Positions 51,161 through 62,200 of a stretch of 64,000 nt of DNA are shown in pieces. Source of the DNA: an uncultured Thermoanaerobaculia bacterium (lineage in GTDB: Bacteria; Acidobacteriota; JBCCFW01); contig CAZTIW010000007.1 of the NCBI GenBank assembly GCA_964613915.1, positions 67,828 to 131,827 of the forward strand. The letters are read 5' to 3'. The notes beneath the pieces were generated by a model. The model had not been told where the DNA came from. It did not search any database and saw only the letters and a list, made by a program, of their open reading frames with translations. The number at the start of each line of letters is the position of its first letter. Positions within the stretch are counted from its first letter, which is position 1. The position numbers were made by a program, and so were the translations under genes.

Positions 51161-52978
51161 GTGATCGTCATCGTCCATGACGGTGACGCGGCGCGTGGCG
51201 CCGAGATCGCGAGTCATCTCGCGCGCCGCCTCGCGTGCGCCGTGGCGCCAGTCGCCGGGGCCACGGAAGGCGAACTCCTCGCGGCCGCCGCTCGCGGCCA
51301 GCATCTCGTGGTCGTCGGGAGCTTCCGGGACGCGACCGACCTCGCGCTCACGCGCCGGAGCCTCGGGAGCGTGGACGGCGAGGTTCACGCCTACCGCGTG
51401 GTGGATGGCCCGGCAGGTGGCGCCGCGTCCGCCGAGAGCGGCGACGCGGGGCTGCCCGTCAGCGCGGCCGGACGGTCGGCGGACGCCGTGGCGGGCGCGA
51501 TCTGGCAGGACGCGTGCGAGATGGTCGTGCTCTCGCCGCCGGATCCCTTCTGGGCACAGAAGGCCGAGCACGAGCGCGCGCTGCTCGCGCGCGAGCTCGG
51601 CGCGCTCGCGATCAGCATCGAGCATGTCGGCAGCACGGCCGTGGCCGGGCTCGCGGCCAAGCCCGTCGTGGACATCCTGGTCACGATCGACCGGCTGGAC
51701 GATCCCGCGAGGCTCCTCGGGCCGATGGGGCAGGCCGGCTACGCGTTCGTGGACTACCCGGAGAACATCAGCCGCTGGTTCTTCCGCAAGGGCACGCCGC
51801 GATCTCACCACGTGCACGTGGCCGAGCATGGCGGCTCCGAGCATCGCGCGCTGCTGGACTTTCGCGACGCGCTGCGGGCGGACGCCGTCACGCGCGAGAG
51901 TTACGAGCGGCTCAAGCACGCGCTCGCGGCCGCGCACCCGCGCGAGCGCGCCGCCTACGGCGCTGGCAAGACGGCTTTCGTGGACGCCACGCTGGCCGCC
52001 TGGCGCGCGCGCGCGACGCCCGCGCTGCCGGGCGTGGCGCGTAGCCCGCCGGGCGGGGGAGGGCGGCTTCGCCGCCACGCGCGCCGGGCCTTCATCTTCA
52101 CGCGGGCTCTGGGATCCAACGCCGTCAACATGGTGTCGAAGGATCTCCACGCGGCGCTGCGCCGATCCACCGGCCGTGGCGTGGACGGACAACCACCGGA
52201 GACCATCGCGAGGTACTTCCAGTTCTGCCTGCAGGACTACTGCCGCGATCTCGGCGTGCCCGACGGCGGCGTGGACGAGTTCCTGCGCGGCAAGGTCGTC
52301 CTCGAGTACGGACCGGGCGACATCCCTGGCGTCGCGCTCCTCATGGTGGCGCGCGGCGCCGAGCGCGCGATCTGCGTGGATCGCTTCCCTCTCCTGAGGT
52401 TATCTGAGACGAACCGCGCGGCGGTCACGGCCCTCGCGGCGAGCCTCCCGCCCGCGCAGCGCGAGCGCCTGGCCAGCTGCTTCACGGAGCCGGACCATCG
52501 CGGCGCCCTGCATCCCGACCGCGTCCGCGTGGTCGTGGATCGGGATGGGCTCTCCGGCTTGCGCGGCCAGGCCGACATCGTGATCTCGCGCGCCGTGCTC
52601 GAGCACGTGAACCGGCTCGACCGGACGCTCGAGGACTCCGTGCTCGCCCTGCGGCCGGGCGGGGTCGCGTGCCACGTCGTGGATCTCAAGAGCCACGGCT
52701 TCGAGTGGGAGCATCCTCTCGACTTCCTGACCGTACCCTCATGGCTGTGGCGCAGCATGAGCAGTCACAACGGCAGCATGTCGAACCGGCGGCGCCTGTC
52801 CGACTACCGGCGCATCGTGGCGGGGCTCCCCGTGAGCGATCTGACGATCACGCCCACGGACGTGATCCCGCCGGAGCTCGCCGAGAGCATCCGCCCGCGG
52901 CTCGCGCGCGAGTTCGCCAGCTGCGACCTCGACGACCTCACGACGCTCGGTTTCTGGATGAGCCTCTGCCGGGCGTGA
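51161..52978 (+). CDS. Fusion: unknown alpha/beta domain + GrpB (UPF0157) domain + class I SAM-dependent methyltransferase
   Basis: DPFW...IEHVGSTAVAGLAAKPVVDI...HHVHV...FRDALR...YGAGKT (GrpB); VLEYGPGD...VDRF...SRAVLEHV (MTase). No stop between the domains. Confidence 0.75.
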   Translation: MIVIVHDGDAARGAEIASHLARRLACAVAPVAGATEGELLAAAARGQHLVVVGSFRDATDLALTRRSLGSVDGEVHAYRVVDGPAGGAASAESGDAGLPVSAAGRSADAVAGAIWQDACEMVVLSPPDPFWAQKAEHERALLARELGALAISIEHVGSTAVAGLAAKPVVDILVTIDRLDDPARLLGPMGQAGYAFVDYPENISRWFFRKGTPRSHHVHVAEHGGSEHRALLDFRDALRADAVTRESYERLKHALAAAHPRERAAYGAGKTAFVDATLAAWRARATPALPGVARSPPGGGGRLRRHARRAFIFTRALGSNAVNMVSKDLHAALRRSTGRGVDGQPPETIARYFQFCLQDYCRDLGVPDGGVDEFLRGKVVLEYGPGDIPGVALLMVARGAERAICVDRFPLLRLSETNRAAVTALAASLPPAQRERLASCFTEPDHRGALHPDRVRVVVDRDGLSGLRGQADIVISRAVLEHVNRLDRTLEDSVLALRPGGVACHVVDLKSHGFEWEHPLDFLTVPSWLWRSMSSHNGSMSNRRRLSDYRRIVAGLPVSDLTITPTDVIPPELAESIRPRLAREFASCDLDDLTTLGFWMSLCRA

Positions 52979-52999
52979 GGGCCGCGACGGCGAAGGCTC

Positions 53000-54016
53000 T
53001 CAGGTGCGCAGCAAGCCCGCGCCCCACGTGAGGCCGGCGCCGAACCCCAGCAGCAGGATGGACCTGCCGGGCGCGAGACGCCCGGTCGTGGCCGCCTCGT
53101 CGAGCGCGATGGGGAGCGAGGCGCAGGACGTGTTGCCGTAGCGCTCGAGGTTGATCAGCACGCGGTCGAGCGGCAGCCCGAGCGCGCGCGCGGTGGCCTC
53201 GAGCAGCCTGGGGCTGGACTGGTGGGGCACGACGAGGTCCACGTCGTCGGGACGGATGCGCGCCACCTCGAGCACCCGGCGCGCGGCCGCCACCGAGTGG
53301 CGCACCGCGCTCTTGAAGAGCTGCGGCCCGCGCATCGCGAGGGCGCGAGCGCCTCCGGGCGCATCGGTGGCGTGAGGCTGCCGCGACCCTCCGGCCGGCA
53401 CCCTCAGCAACCCGGCGCCACCGCCGTCCGATCCGAGGCATGCCGCCTGCAGTCCCTGTCCCGTGTCGCTGGCCGGCCCGAAGACGGCCGCGCCCGCTCC
53501 GTCACCGAAGATGGGCGCCACCGTGGGATCGTGCTGATCCACGAGGCGCGAGACGACGTCCGTGCCCACGACCAGCACGCGGCGCGCGAGGCCGGACGAA
53601 AGCGATTGCGCGGCGATCACCACGCCGTACACGAAGCCTGCGCAGCCGGCCTGCAGGTCGAACGCGCCCGCGCCGTGGATGCCCAGGCGCTGCGCGATGA
53701 GGGCGGCCGTCGAGGGGAACAGGTGATCGGGCGTGACGGTCGCGCAGATGACCAGGTCGACGGCCGAAGGCGCGACGCCGGCTCGCTCGAGCGCCTGGCG
53801 GGCGGCTGCCACGCCCAGGTCCGACGAAGCCTCGTGCGGCTCGGCGCGCCGGCGCTCGACGAAGCCGACGTGCTCGCGGATCCACGCGGGCTCGACGCCG
53901 CAAGCCCGCGCGATCTCCTCGTTCGTCACGACGGAGACAGGCAGGTGCGCGCCCGTGCCGAGCAGGCGGACGGGAACCGCAGCCGGGATGGACCCGGGCG
54001 CCGGAAGGGTGGTCAA
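53000..54016 (-). CDS. Second FabH-like ketosynthase III
   Basis: DLQAGCAGF, VPHQSS and YGNTSCAS (Cys-His-Asn triad), FGDGAGA. TTG start. Confidence 0.9.
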   Translation of the reverse strand: MTTLPAPGSIPAAVPVRLLGTGAHLPVSVVTNEEIARACGVEPAWIREHVGFVERRRAEPHEASSDLGVAAARQALERAGVAPSAVDLVICATVTPDHLFPSTAALIAQRLGIHGAGAFDLQAGCAGFVYGVVIAAQSLSSGLARRVLVVGTDVVSRLVDQHDPTVAPIFGDGAGAAVFGPASDTGQGLQAACLGSDGGGAGLLRVPAGGSRQPHATDAPGGARALAMRGPQLFKSAVRHSVAAARRVLEVARIRPDDVDLVVPHQSSPRLLEATARALGLPLDRVLINLERYGNTSCASLPIALDEAATTGRLAPGRSILLLGFGAGLTWGAGLLRT

Positions 54017-54093
54017 GCTGGCCTCGCCGAGAGCCCCATCCCGTCGCTGGCCGTGGCAAAAGGTAACGCTCCGGGCGCCCTCCAGGCCAGTCC

Positions 54094-54124
54094 GAACGGC
54101 CCCAGGTCAACCTGCGTCTACACT
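54094..54124 (+). promoter_or_regulatory. Candidate ECF (sigmaE-type) promoter, or sigma70 -10, for htpX-degP
   Basis: GAAC(54094-54097)-N18-GTCTA(54116-54120), overlapping TACACT at 54119-54124. Confidence 0.4.
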
Positions 54125-54131
54125 TTCGGCC

Positions 54132-55000
54132 ATGAATCTCGTCAAGACCACGCTCCTGCTGGCCGCCCTGACCGGCGGCCTGGTTCTGGTGGGCGGTGCC
54201 CTCGGGGGCCGCATCGGCGCCGCCATCGCGCTGGCGGTGGCCGTCCTGATGAACGCGGGCTCCTACTGGTTCTCGGACAAGCTGGTCCTGGCCCGGTACC
54301 GGGCCGTGGAGGTCTCGCCCGCCGAGGCTCCGCGCCTTCATGCCATCGTGGACAGGCTCGTGGCCCGCATGGGGATCCCCAAGCCGCGCGTGCACGTGCT
54401 GCCGTCGGACTCGCCGAACGCCTTCGCGACCGGGCGGAACCCGTCGCACGCGGCCATCGCCGCCACGCAGGGGCTGCTCGAGATGATGGACGACGAAGAG
54501 CTCGAGGGCGTCCTCGCGCACGAGCTCGGTCACGTCGTCAACCGCGACATCCTGGTCTCCACCGTCGCCGCGACGCTCGCGGGCGCCATCATGCTCCTGG
54601 CCCAGTTCGGCCGGTTCCTGCCGCTGTTCTCGGGCGGACGCAACGGCGGGCGAGGCGGCGGCAACCCGCTGGCGTTCCTGTTCGCGATGCTCCTCGCGCC
54701 GTTCGCCGCGACGCTGATCCAGCTCGCGATCTCGCGCACCCGCGAGTATGGCGCCGACGATGCGGGCGTGGAGGTCACGGGCAACCCCGAGGGCCTCGCG
54801 CGCGCGCTCGAGAAGCTCGGGCGAGCCTCCGGCCGCATCCCGCTCGACGCGAGCCCGGCGACCGCGCATCTCTTCATCGTGCGTCCGGCCTCGGTCCTGG
54901 GCGGACTCCAGGCGTTGTTCTCGACGCATCCGCCCATCGAGGATCGGGTCGCGCGCCTGCGCGCGCAGGCCCAGCGCGGCCGCACGGCGGGGGCGCTGCG

Positions 55001-55004
<4 letters not shown>
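54132..55004 (+). CDS. htpX: HtpX membrane zinc protease (M48)
   Basis: PNAFATGR, VLAHELGHV (HExxH), SRTREYGAD and FSTHPP motifs. Confidence 0.95.
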
Positions 55005-56449
<1,445 letters not shown>

Positions 56450-56462
56450 CGCGGCGCGCGGG

Positions 56463-57134
56463 TCAGTCGCCCGTCGCCGGTTCGATGCAGTCGGGCCCGT
56501 CGTGACGGGGATTGTTGACGCGCGTGGAGACGGCCGTGAACCGGAGCTCGCGCGTCGAGGGAACCAGGAGCGGCGCGAGCGCGGACGCCTCCCGTGGCCC
56601 CGCGTCGAGCCAGACCGGGAAGGCGTCGGGCTGAAGGATGACCGGCATGCGATCGTGCACGGGCCGGATCTGATCGTTCGCTTCCGTCGTCACGATCGTG
56701 AACGTGCGCAGGGGACCGTCGGGCGACGCCCACTCTTCCCAGAGTCCGGCGAGCGCGAACGGGCCACCGTCGGGGAGCGTGATGCGGATGGGCTGCTTGC
56801 GGGTCTGTCCGGGGACGACCTGCCACTCGTAGAAGCCGTCCGCGAGCACGAGGCAGCGGCGCTTCTTGAAGGCGTCGCGGAAGGAAGGCTTCTCGTGCAA
56901 CGTCTCCGATCGCGCGTTGATGAGCCGGCTGCCGATCGTGGCGTCCTTGGCCCATCGCGGAATGAGGCCCCAGCGGAAGGAGGCGAGCCGCGCCGGCGCG
57001 TCGTTGGCCACCACGGGCGCGTCTTGCGTGGGAGCGATGTTGTACCGCGGGAGGATGGCCTCGGTGGCCTCGAGCGCCGGCAGGATCGCCTGCAGGTCTC
57101 GCACCGTGACGGTCAGCGTGTAGCGTCCGCACAT
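56463..57134 (-). CDS. SRAP (YedK/HMCES) abasic-site crosslinking protein
   Basis: MCGRY (catalytic Cys2), RYNIAPTQ, INARSET, GFYEW and HDRMPVIL motifs. Confidence 0.95.
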   Translation of the reverse strand: MCGRYTLTVTVRDLQAILPALEATEAILPRYNIAPTQDAPVVANDAPARLASFRWGLIPRWAKDATIGSRLINARSETLHEKPSFRDAFKKRRCLVLADGFYEWQVVPGQTRKQPIRITLPDGGPFALAGLWEEWASPDGPLRTFTIVTTEANDQIRPVHDRMPVILQPDAFPVWLDAGPREASALAPLLVPSTRELRFTAVSTRVNNPRHDGPDCIEPATGD

Positions 57135-57153
57135 GGGGGGAGCCCTCGCGCTC

Positions 57154-58578
57154 TCACGGCGGCGCCGCCCCGTCGGGGGGCGAAGCGGCGGGCGCCGCGG
57201 CTGACTCGCCGAAGCGCAGGACGACGTGATCGAGAATCGCCTGGATCTGCGCGTTCGTCAGCTCGTCTTCGAAGGCGGGCATGATCTCGCCGCCCTCGCG
57301 CACGGCGGCCATCAACTCCTGGAAGTTGCGCCGCCCGGCACGCGCGAACTCGGGATCGCGGAAGTCGGGCGCGTCGGGATCGTCAGGCGCTCCGGTGACG
57401 GCGTGGCACTCCGTGCAATGCAGGCCATAGAGGATGCCGGCCTCGACGGGGCTGACCCGCGCGCCCGGGGCGCGCACGGCCGCGGTCGCCTCGGCGGGGC
57501 TCGAGGCGCGCGACGCATCGGCGATGAAGACCCAGGCGGTCAGGGCCGCGACGAGCGCGACCATCGCGCCGAGCATGGCGAGCGGGAGCTTGCGGGAGGA
57601 CGGCCGCCGATCCTTCGCGCGATCGAGGAAGGGCAGGAGCAACAGGAACGTGGCCATGGCTCCGGGGATGCCCATGGTGCCCACCCAGTCCCACGGCGGC
57701 TCGAAGACGTGCAGGAGCTGGAACAGCCAGTAGAAGTACCACTCGGGCCGCGCGTCGAAGGGCGTCGTGGGATCGGCCACGTCTCCGAGGGGGGCGCCCT
57801 TCACGATCGCCACCACGAGGAGGGCCGCGAGAACCACCGCGAGCGCGACCGCGTCCTTCATCGCCTGGTGCGGCCAGAAGGGCTCGCGGCGTGCCGGGAC
57901 CTCGCCGTTCGCATCCAGCACCGGCGTCACGCCACGCCTGCGAAACAGCGCGAGGTGAACGGCGAGGAGCGTCGCGAGGAGCGCGGGCAGGACGACGACG
58001 TGCAGGACGTAGAACCGGACGAGCGTCAGGTTCCCCATGACCGCGCCGCCCTGGAGGAGCGCCGCGAGCGGCTCGCCCACCACGGGGCTGCTCGCGGCGA
58101 TGTTGAGCCCCACGCGCGTCGCGTAGTACGCGGTCTGATCCCAGGGGAGGAGGTACCCCGTGAACGCGAACCCGAGCACGACGCCGCCCAGGGCGAGGCC
58201 CGTGATCCAGTTCGCCTCGCGCGGCCGGCGATACGCCCCGGTCCACGCGACCTGCAGCAGGTGCGCCACGAGCAGCACGACGAGGAACGACGCGCCGTGG
58301 TGATGCATGCCGCGCACGAGCGCGCCGAACGGGACGCGCTCGGGGTCCATGATGCGCTCGACGCTGGCGTGCGCCGCGTCCACTGTCGGAGCGTAATCCA
58401 GCGACAGCACGAGACCCGACGCGGCCTGCGCGAGCAGGAGCCCCGCGAGCACGCTGCCGAGCACGTACGCCCAGCGCGACCCGCCCGGCACGCTCTCGTC
58501 AGCGAGCCAGCGCCACAGCGTGCGGACGCCCGTGCGCTCCTCGAGCGCGTCCAGCATGCGGCGCACGCGGTCGCTCAC
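57154..58578 (-). CDS. Cytochrome b (b6 + subunit IV-like, fused) with C-terminal monoheme cytochrome c
   Basis: RGMHHHGAS, VAHLLQ, TGYLLPWDQ, RFYVLH, VHL, RPEWYF and C-terminal CTECH. GTG start overlaps the Rieske stop. Confidence 0.92.
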   Translation of the reverse strand: MSDRVRRMLDALEERTGVRTLWRWLADESVPGGSRWAYVLGSVLAGLLLAQAASGLVLSLDYAPTVDAAHASVERIMDPERVPFGALVRGMHHHGASFLVVLLVAHLLQVAWTGAYRRPREANWITGLALGGVVLGFAFTGYLLPWDQTAYYATRVGLNIAASSPVVGEPLAALLQGGAVMGNLTLVRFYVLHVVVLPALLATLLAVHLALFRRRGVTPVLDANGEVPARREPFWPHQAMKDAVALAVVLAALLVVAIVKGAPLGDVADPTTPFDARPEWYFYWLFQLLHVFEPPWDWVGTMGIPGAMATFLLLLPFLDRAKDRRPSSRKLPLAMLGAMVALVAALTAWVFIADASRASSPAEATAAVRAPGARVSPVEAGILYGLHCTECHAVTGAPDDPDAPDFRDPEFARAGRRNFQELMAAVREGGEIMPAFEDELTNAQIQAILDHVVLRFGESAAAPAASPPDGAAPP

Positions 58579-59081
58579 GCGCCGACGGGCCTCTTCTCCG
58601 CGACGTTCGCGACGTAGTCCACCCACTGGACCTGGAGGTCACGGCCCACGAGACGGGTCGGCAGGGCGTCGAGGCCGCGTCGAGCGGGTCCGTGCCGTCG
58701 CGCGCCATCGGCGGCGAAGCCCGAGTCATGGCACGGGCAGCCGAACTCGGAGCGCGGCCCCGACCACTGCACGGAGCATCCGAGATGCGGGCAGACCACG
58801 GACAGGACCTTGGCCTCGTTCTCGCCCGTGCGGATGGCCCAGGCCGCCCGCACCTGCTCGCGGACCTCCCATCCGTCGCGGACGCTGACGGGGATCGCGA
58901 CGCGAACCGGCTGGCCGATGACGAGCGCGTCAATGCTGCCGACCGACTGGAAGGCGTCCGCTTCCTCGCGCGGCATGCGCGCCGCGCTCACCAGCCGGCC
59001 GACGAGCGGCACGCCGGCCGCGAGCCCCGCGATGGCGCCGGCCCCGGCCGCGACGGCGGAGAGGAACTTGCGTCGGTCCAT
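58575..59081 (-). CDS. Rieske [2Fe-2S] protein with Tat-like signal
   Basis: MDRRKFL, CPHLGC and CPCHDSGF motifs. Confidence 0.93.
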   Translation of the reverse strand: MDRRKFLSAVAAGAGAIAGLAAGVPLVGRLVSAARMPREEADAFQSVGSIDALVIGQPVRVAIPVSVRDGWEVREQVRAAWAIRTGENEAKVLSVVCPHLGCSVQWSGPRSEFGCPCHDSGFAADGARRHGPARRGLDALPTRLVGRDLQVQWVDYVANVAEKRPVGA

Positions 59082-59252
59082 TCGCCGAGCATGCCAGAGG
59101 CGGCCGTGTCGTCGCAGGGCCGGACCGGCGCGGGCGGGGGGCCAGAACGAAGGCCTTGACCGCGCGGGCCAGCATGACCGACCTTTGTTCGATATCGGGC
59201 CACCCCGGGCCTTCCCCTCTCTCGGCCGCAGGTCGAGACTGGACTGCCAGCC

Positions 59253-62200
59253 ATGCGATGCCGCGCGCTCCGTCCGCTTCGAGCCTTCTCGCCGTGCGCC
59301 GCGGCCGTGCTGCTCCTTCTCTGTTCCGCCGCCGCCCCGCGCGCGGGGGCCGCGAGCGGCGGGCCGGCGCCGGGGCCCGCGCCCTCCGTTCGCGACGCGT
59401 CGGCCGTGCACGCGCGGCTCGGGCCCGCGTGGTCGCTCGACCCTGACCCGGCGACCGGGCGGCCGCGGCGCCTCGCGGGCGGCGCGATCCCGTGGTTCTC
59501 GACCAGTGGGGGCGATGCGAGGCGCCCCACCGACGCGGACATCCTCGCGCGCGCGCGGGCCTTCCTCTCCGAGAACGCCGACCTGCTCGGCATCGTGGAC
59601 ACCCCGCGACCGGCCGAGCCGGCGGTCGTTCGCGCGGACGGCGGCCAGCTCGCGTTCGTGCACTTCGAGATCGCGCCGGGCGGCGTGCCCGTCGAGGGCT
59701 CGCGCGTCACGCTGGTCCTCTCGAGAGGGAACCTGATCTACGCGCACCTGGTGGGCACGGAGCCGGTCGCCGCCAGTCCGGACGCCGACATCTCCGACGT
59801 GGACGCGATCGCGATCGCGATCGAGGCCGCGGCCATGCCGCGCGGAACGCTGGCGCGGGCCCCCGACGCGAGCACGGTGTTCCTGCGCGAGGGCGGATCG
59901 CATCGGCTCGCCTGGATCGTCACGCTGACGGCGGCCGCGGGCCCTCGCCGGATGGTCGTGCGCCTCGACGCGCGCGACGGTCGCGTGCTGTCGGTCCTGG
60001 ACGAGACCGTGTCGGCGTGCGATCCCGTGCCCGGCGGGGGAGCCGAGCGCCGCGTTCTCGGAGGCGTGCGCCCGACCTCGCCGGCGGACGCCGAGCGTCC
60101 CGAACTCCTCCCGCACGCGAGCGTGGGCACGGCCGTCGCGGACGTCGCGGGACTCTTCGCGCCACCGCCGGGTTCTCCTCAGGGCCGGCTCGACGGGCCG
60201 GTCGTTCGCGTCGAGTGCGTCGGCTGCTCGCTTCCGGTTTCACCGCTCGCGCCGCTCGATGCGCGCGGCGACGCCGACTTCGGATCGGGCGGGCGCGACG
60301 CGACGGGCAACGGCATGGCGACGCCGGCCGATCGCGCGTCCTACTTCCACGCCGAGGCCGCGAGGCGCCTGGCCTCGCGCTACCTGGACCTGCCGTGGTT
60401 CGCGGATCCGCTCGTCGTGCGCACGAACGTGGACTCGGCCTGCAACGCGTACTGGGACGGTTCGACGCTGACCTTCTTCCGGTCCTCCGCGCGCTGCGGC
60501 AACACGGGCGAGATCCGCGATGTCATCCAGCACGAGTGGGGCCATGGCCTGGACAGCCGCGACGGCCTGCCGCCCCCGCCGCTCTCCGTGGACGGCGCCA
60601 CCGGCGAGGCCGTGGCGGACATCGTGACCATCCTGCGCAGTCGGGACGCATGCATCGGCGAGGGGTTCTTCGTCAGCGTGTCGGACTGGCCCTCGGCCGC
60701 GTGCTCGGGCGTGCGCGACCTCGACGAGCTGGCGGCGGGCCATGACTTCGGATCGCCGGCGACGCTCTCCACGAGCAACGTCGCGAGCAAGTGCCCGGCG
60801 AGCGCGTACTACCGGGGCCCTCTCGGCCGCGAGGGACATTGCGAGGGCGAGATCCTGGGGCAGGCGTTCTGGCACCTGGCCAGGAATCTCCTCGACGGCG
60901 TGGCGTACGCGTCGGGCACGCCGCTTCCGGGAGGCGCGTTGCCGGAGGAGGAAGCCTGGCAGCTCCTCGAGCGCCTCTTCTTCGCGTCGCGGCCCATCAT
61001 GGCGTCGTATGCGCCCAGCACCATGCAGTCCATCGGGCCCTCGGCGCACGACGCGTTCCTGCTCGCGGACGACACGGGTGACGGCCTCGCCAACGGAACG
61101 CCCCACGCCGCGATGATCCACGAGGCCTTCGCGCACCACGGCATCGCCGAGACGCCGCTCGCCGGTCCGACATCGCCGCCCTGCGTCGCGCCCGCGGATC
61201 CCCTGGTCACGACGAGCTCGCCGACGGATCCGTCATCCGGGCTGCCCGCCGTGCTCGTGGCCTGGACCGACACGGGCGCCGCGACCTACGAGGTGCTGCG
61301 CGCCGACGACGCGGGCGACGCGTTCCTGCCGATCGCAGCCCCGCTTCCCGCGGGCGCGCGGTCCTTCCTCGATCGCGGGGTGCTTCCGGGGCGCGCGTAC
61401 GGCTATCGCGTCGTCGCGAGTTCCGCGGCCGGGTGCCGGTCGCCGGGCGCCACGCCGGTCACCGGCTCGGCCGGCCCGCTCCTGCGGCTGGCCGCGGTCG
61501 TTCTCGACGACAGCCTGCTCGGCAACGGCGATGGCCTCCTGGAGGAGGGCGAGCAGGCCGACATCCGCTTCGACCTGGGCAACGACGGGAGCGGCCCCGC
61601 GAGCGACCTCGCGGTCACGCTCGCGAGCACCGATCCGCTCGTGCAGGTCACGGTCGCGGGGCCCATCTCCTACGGCACGATCGCCTCGGGCGCGACCGTC
61701 GCGGGGCCCAGCGCGTTCCGCCTGAGCGCGCTCGCGGGCGCGCCGCGTCATGCGCGGCTCGTCGTGAGCGGCGAGGCGCGCGAGGGGTGCCTCCGCGCGC
61801 AGCACCTTCTGGAACTGGCCGTCGTGGATCTCGCGCTCGCCAGCCATCGCGTGGAGGACGGCCTCGGCGGCGATGGCGACGGCGCATGGGAGCCCGGCGA
61901 GACCGTTGACCTGGCGGTCTCGCTGCGCGATCTCGGGCTGAAGGACGCCACGAGCGTCGCGGGCACGCTGGCCTTCCGCGCTCCCGTTCCGGGCGTCACG
62001 CTCGTGCGCACTGGCGCGACGTGGCCGGTGATCGCCTCGGGCGCGACCGCCGAGTCCATGGCGCCTCACTTCGCGTTGAGAGCCGACGCCGCGCTCGGTC
62101 CGCGCACGCCCGTGCCGCTCCGTCTCGACGTCACGGTGCAGGGCCGGGCGCACCGCTCGTTCAACCTGGACCTGACGGTGGGCGGCATGCCGCAGGCGAC

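Noticed and set aside
53222-55000. Apparent 1075-aa DegP fusion in the ORF track
   Set aside because: The N-terminal part overlaps fabH2 and htpX in other frames. The real start is ATG 55001 (ATGA overlap, lipoprotein signal).
57135-57150. GGGAGCCCT seen in three intergenic spots (about 12303, 50124 and 57138)
   Set aside because: A short GC-rich word. Only the 50120 copy forms a full hairpin, so there is insufficient evidence for a REP family.
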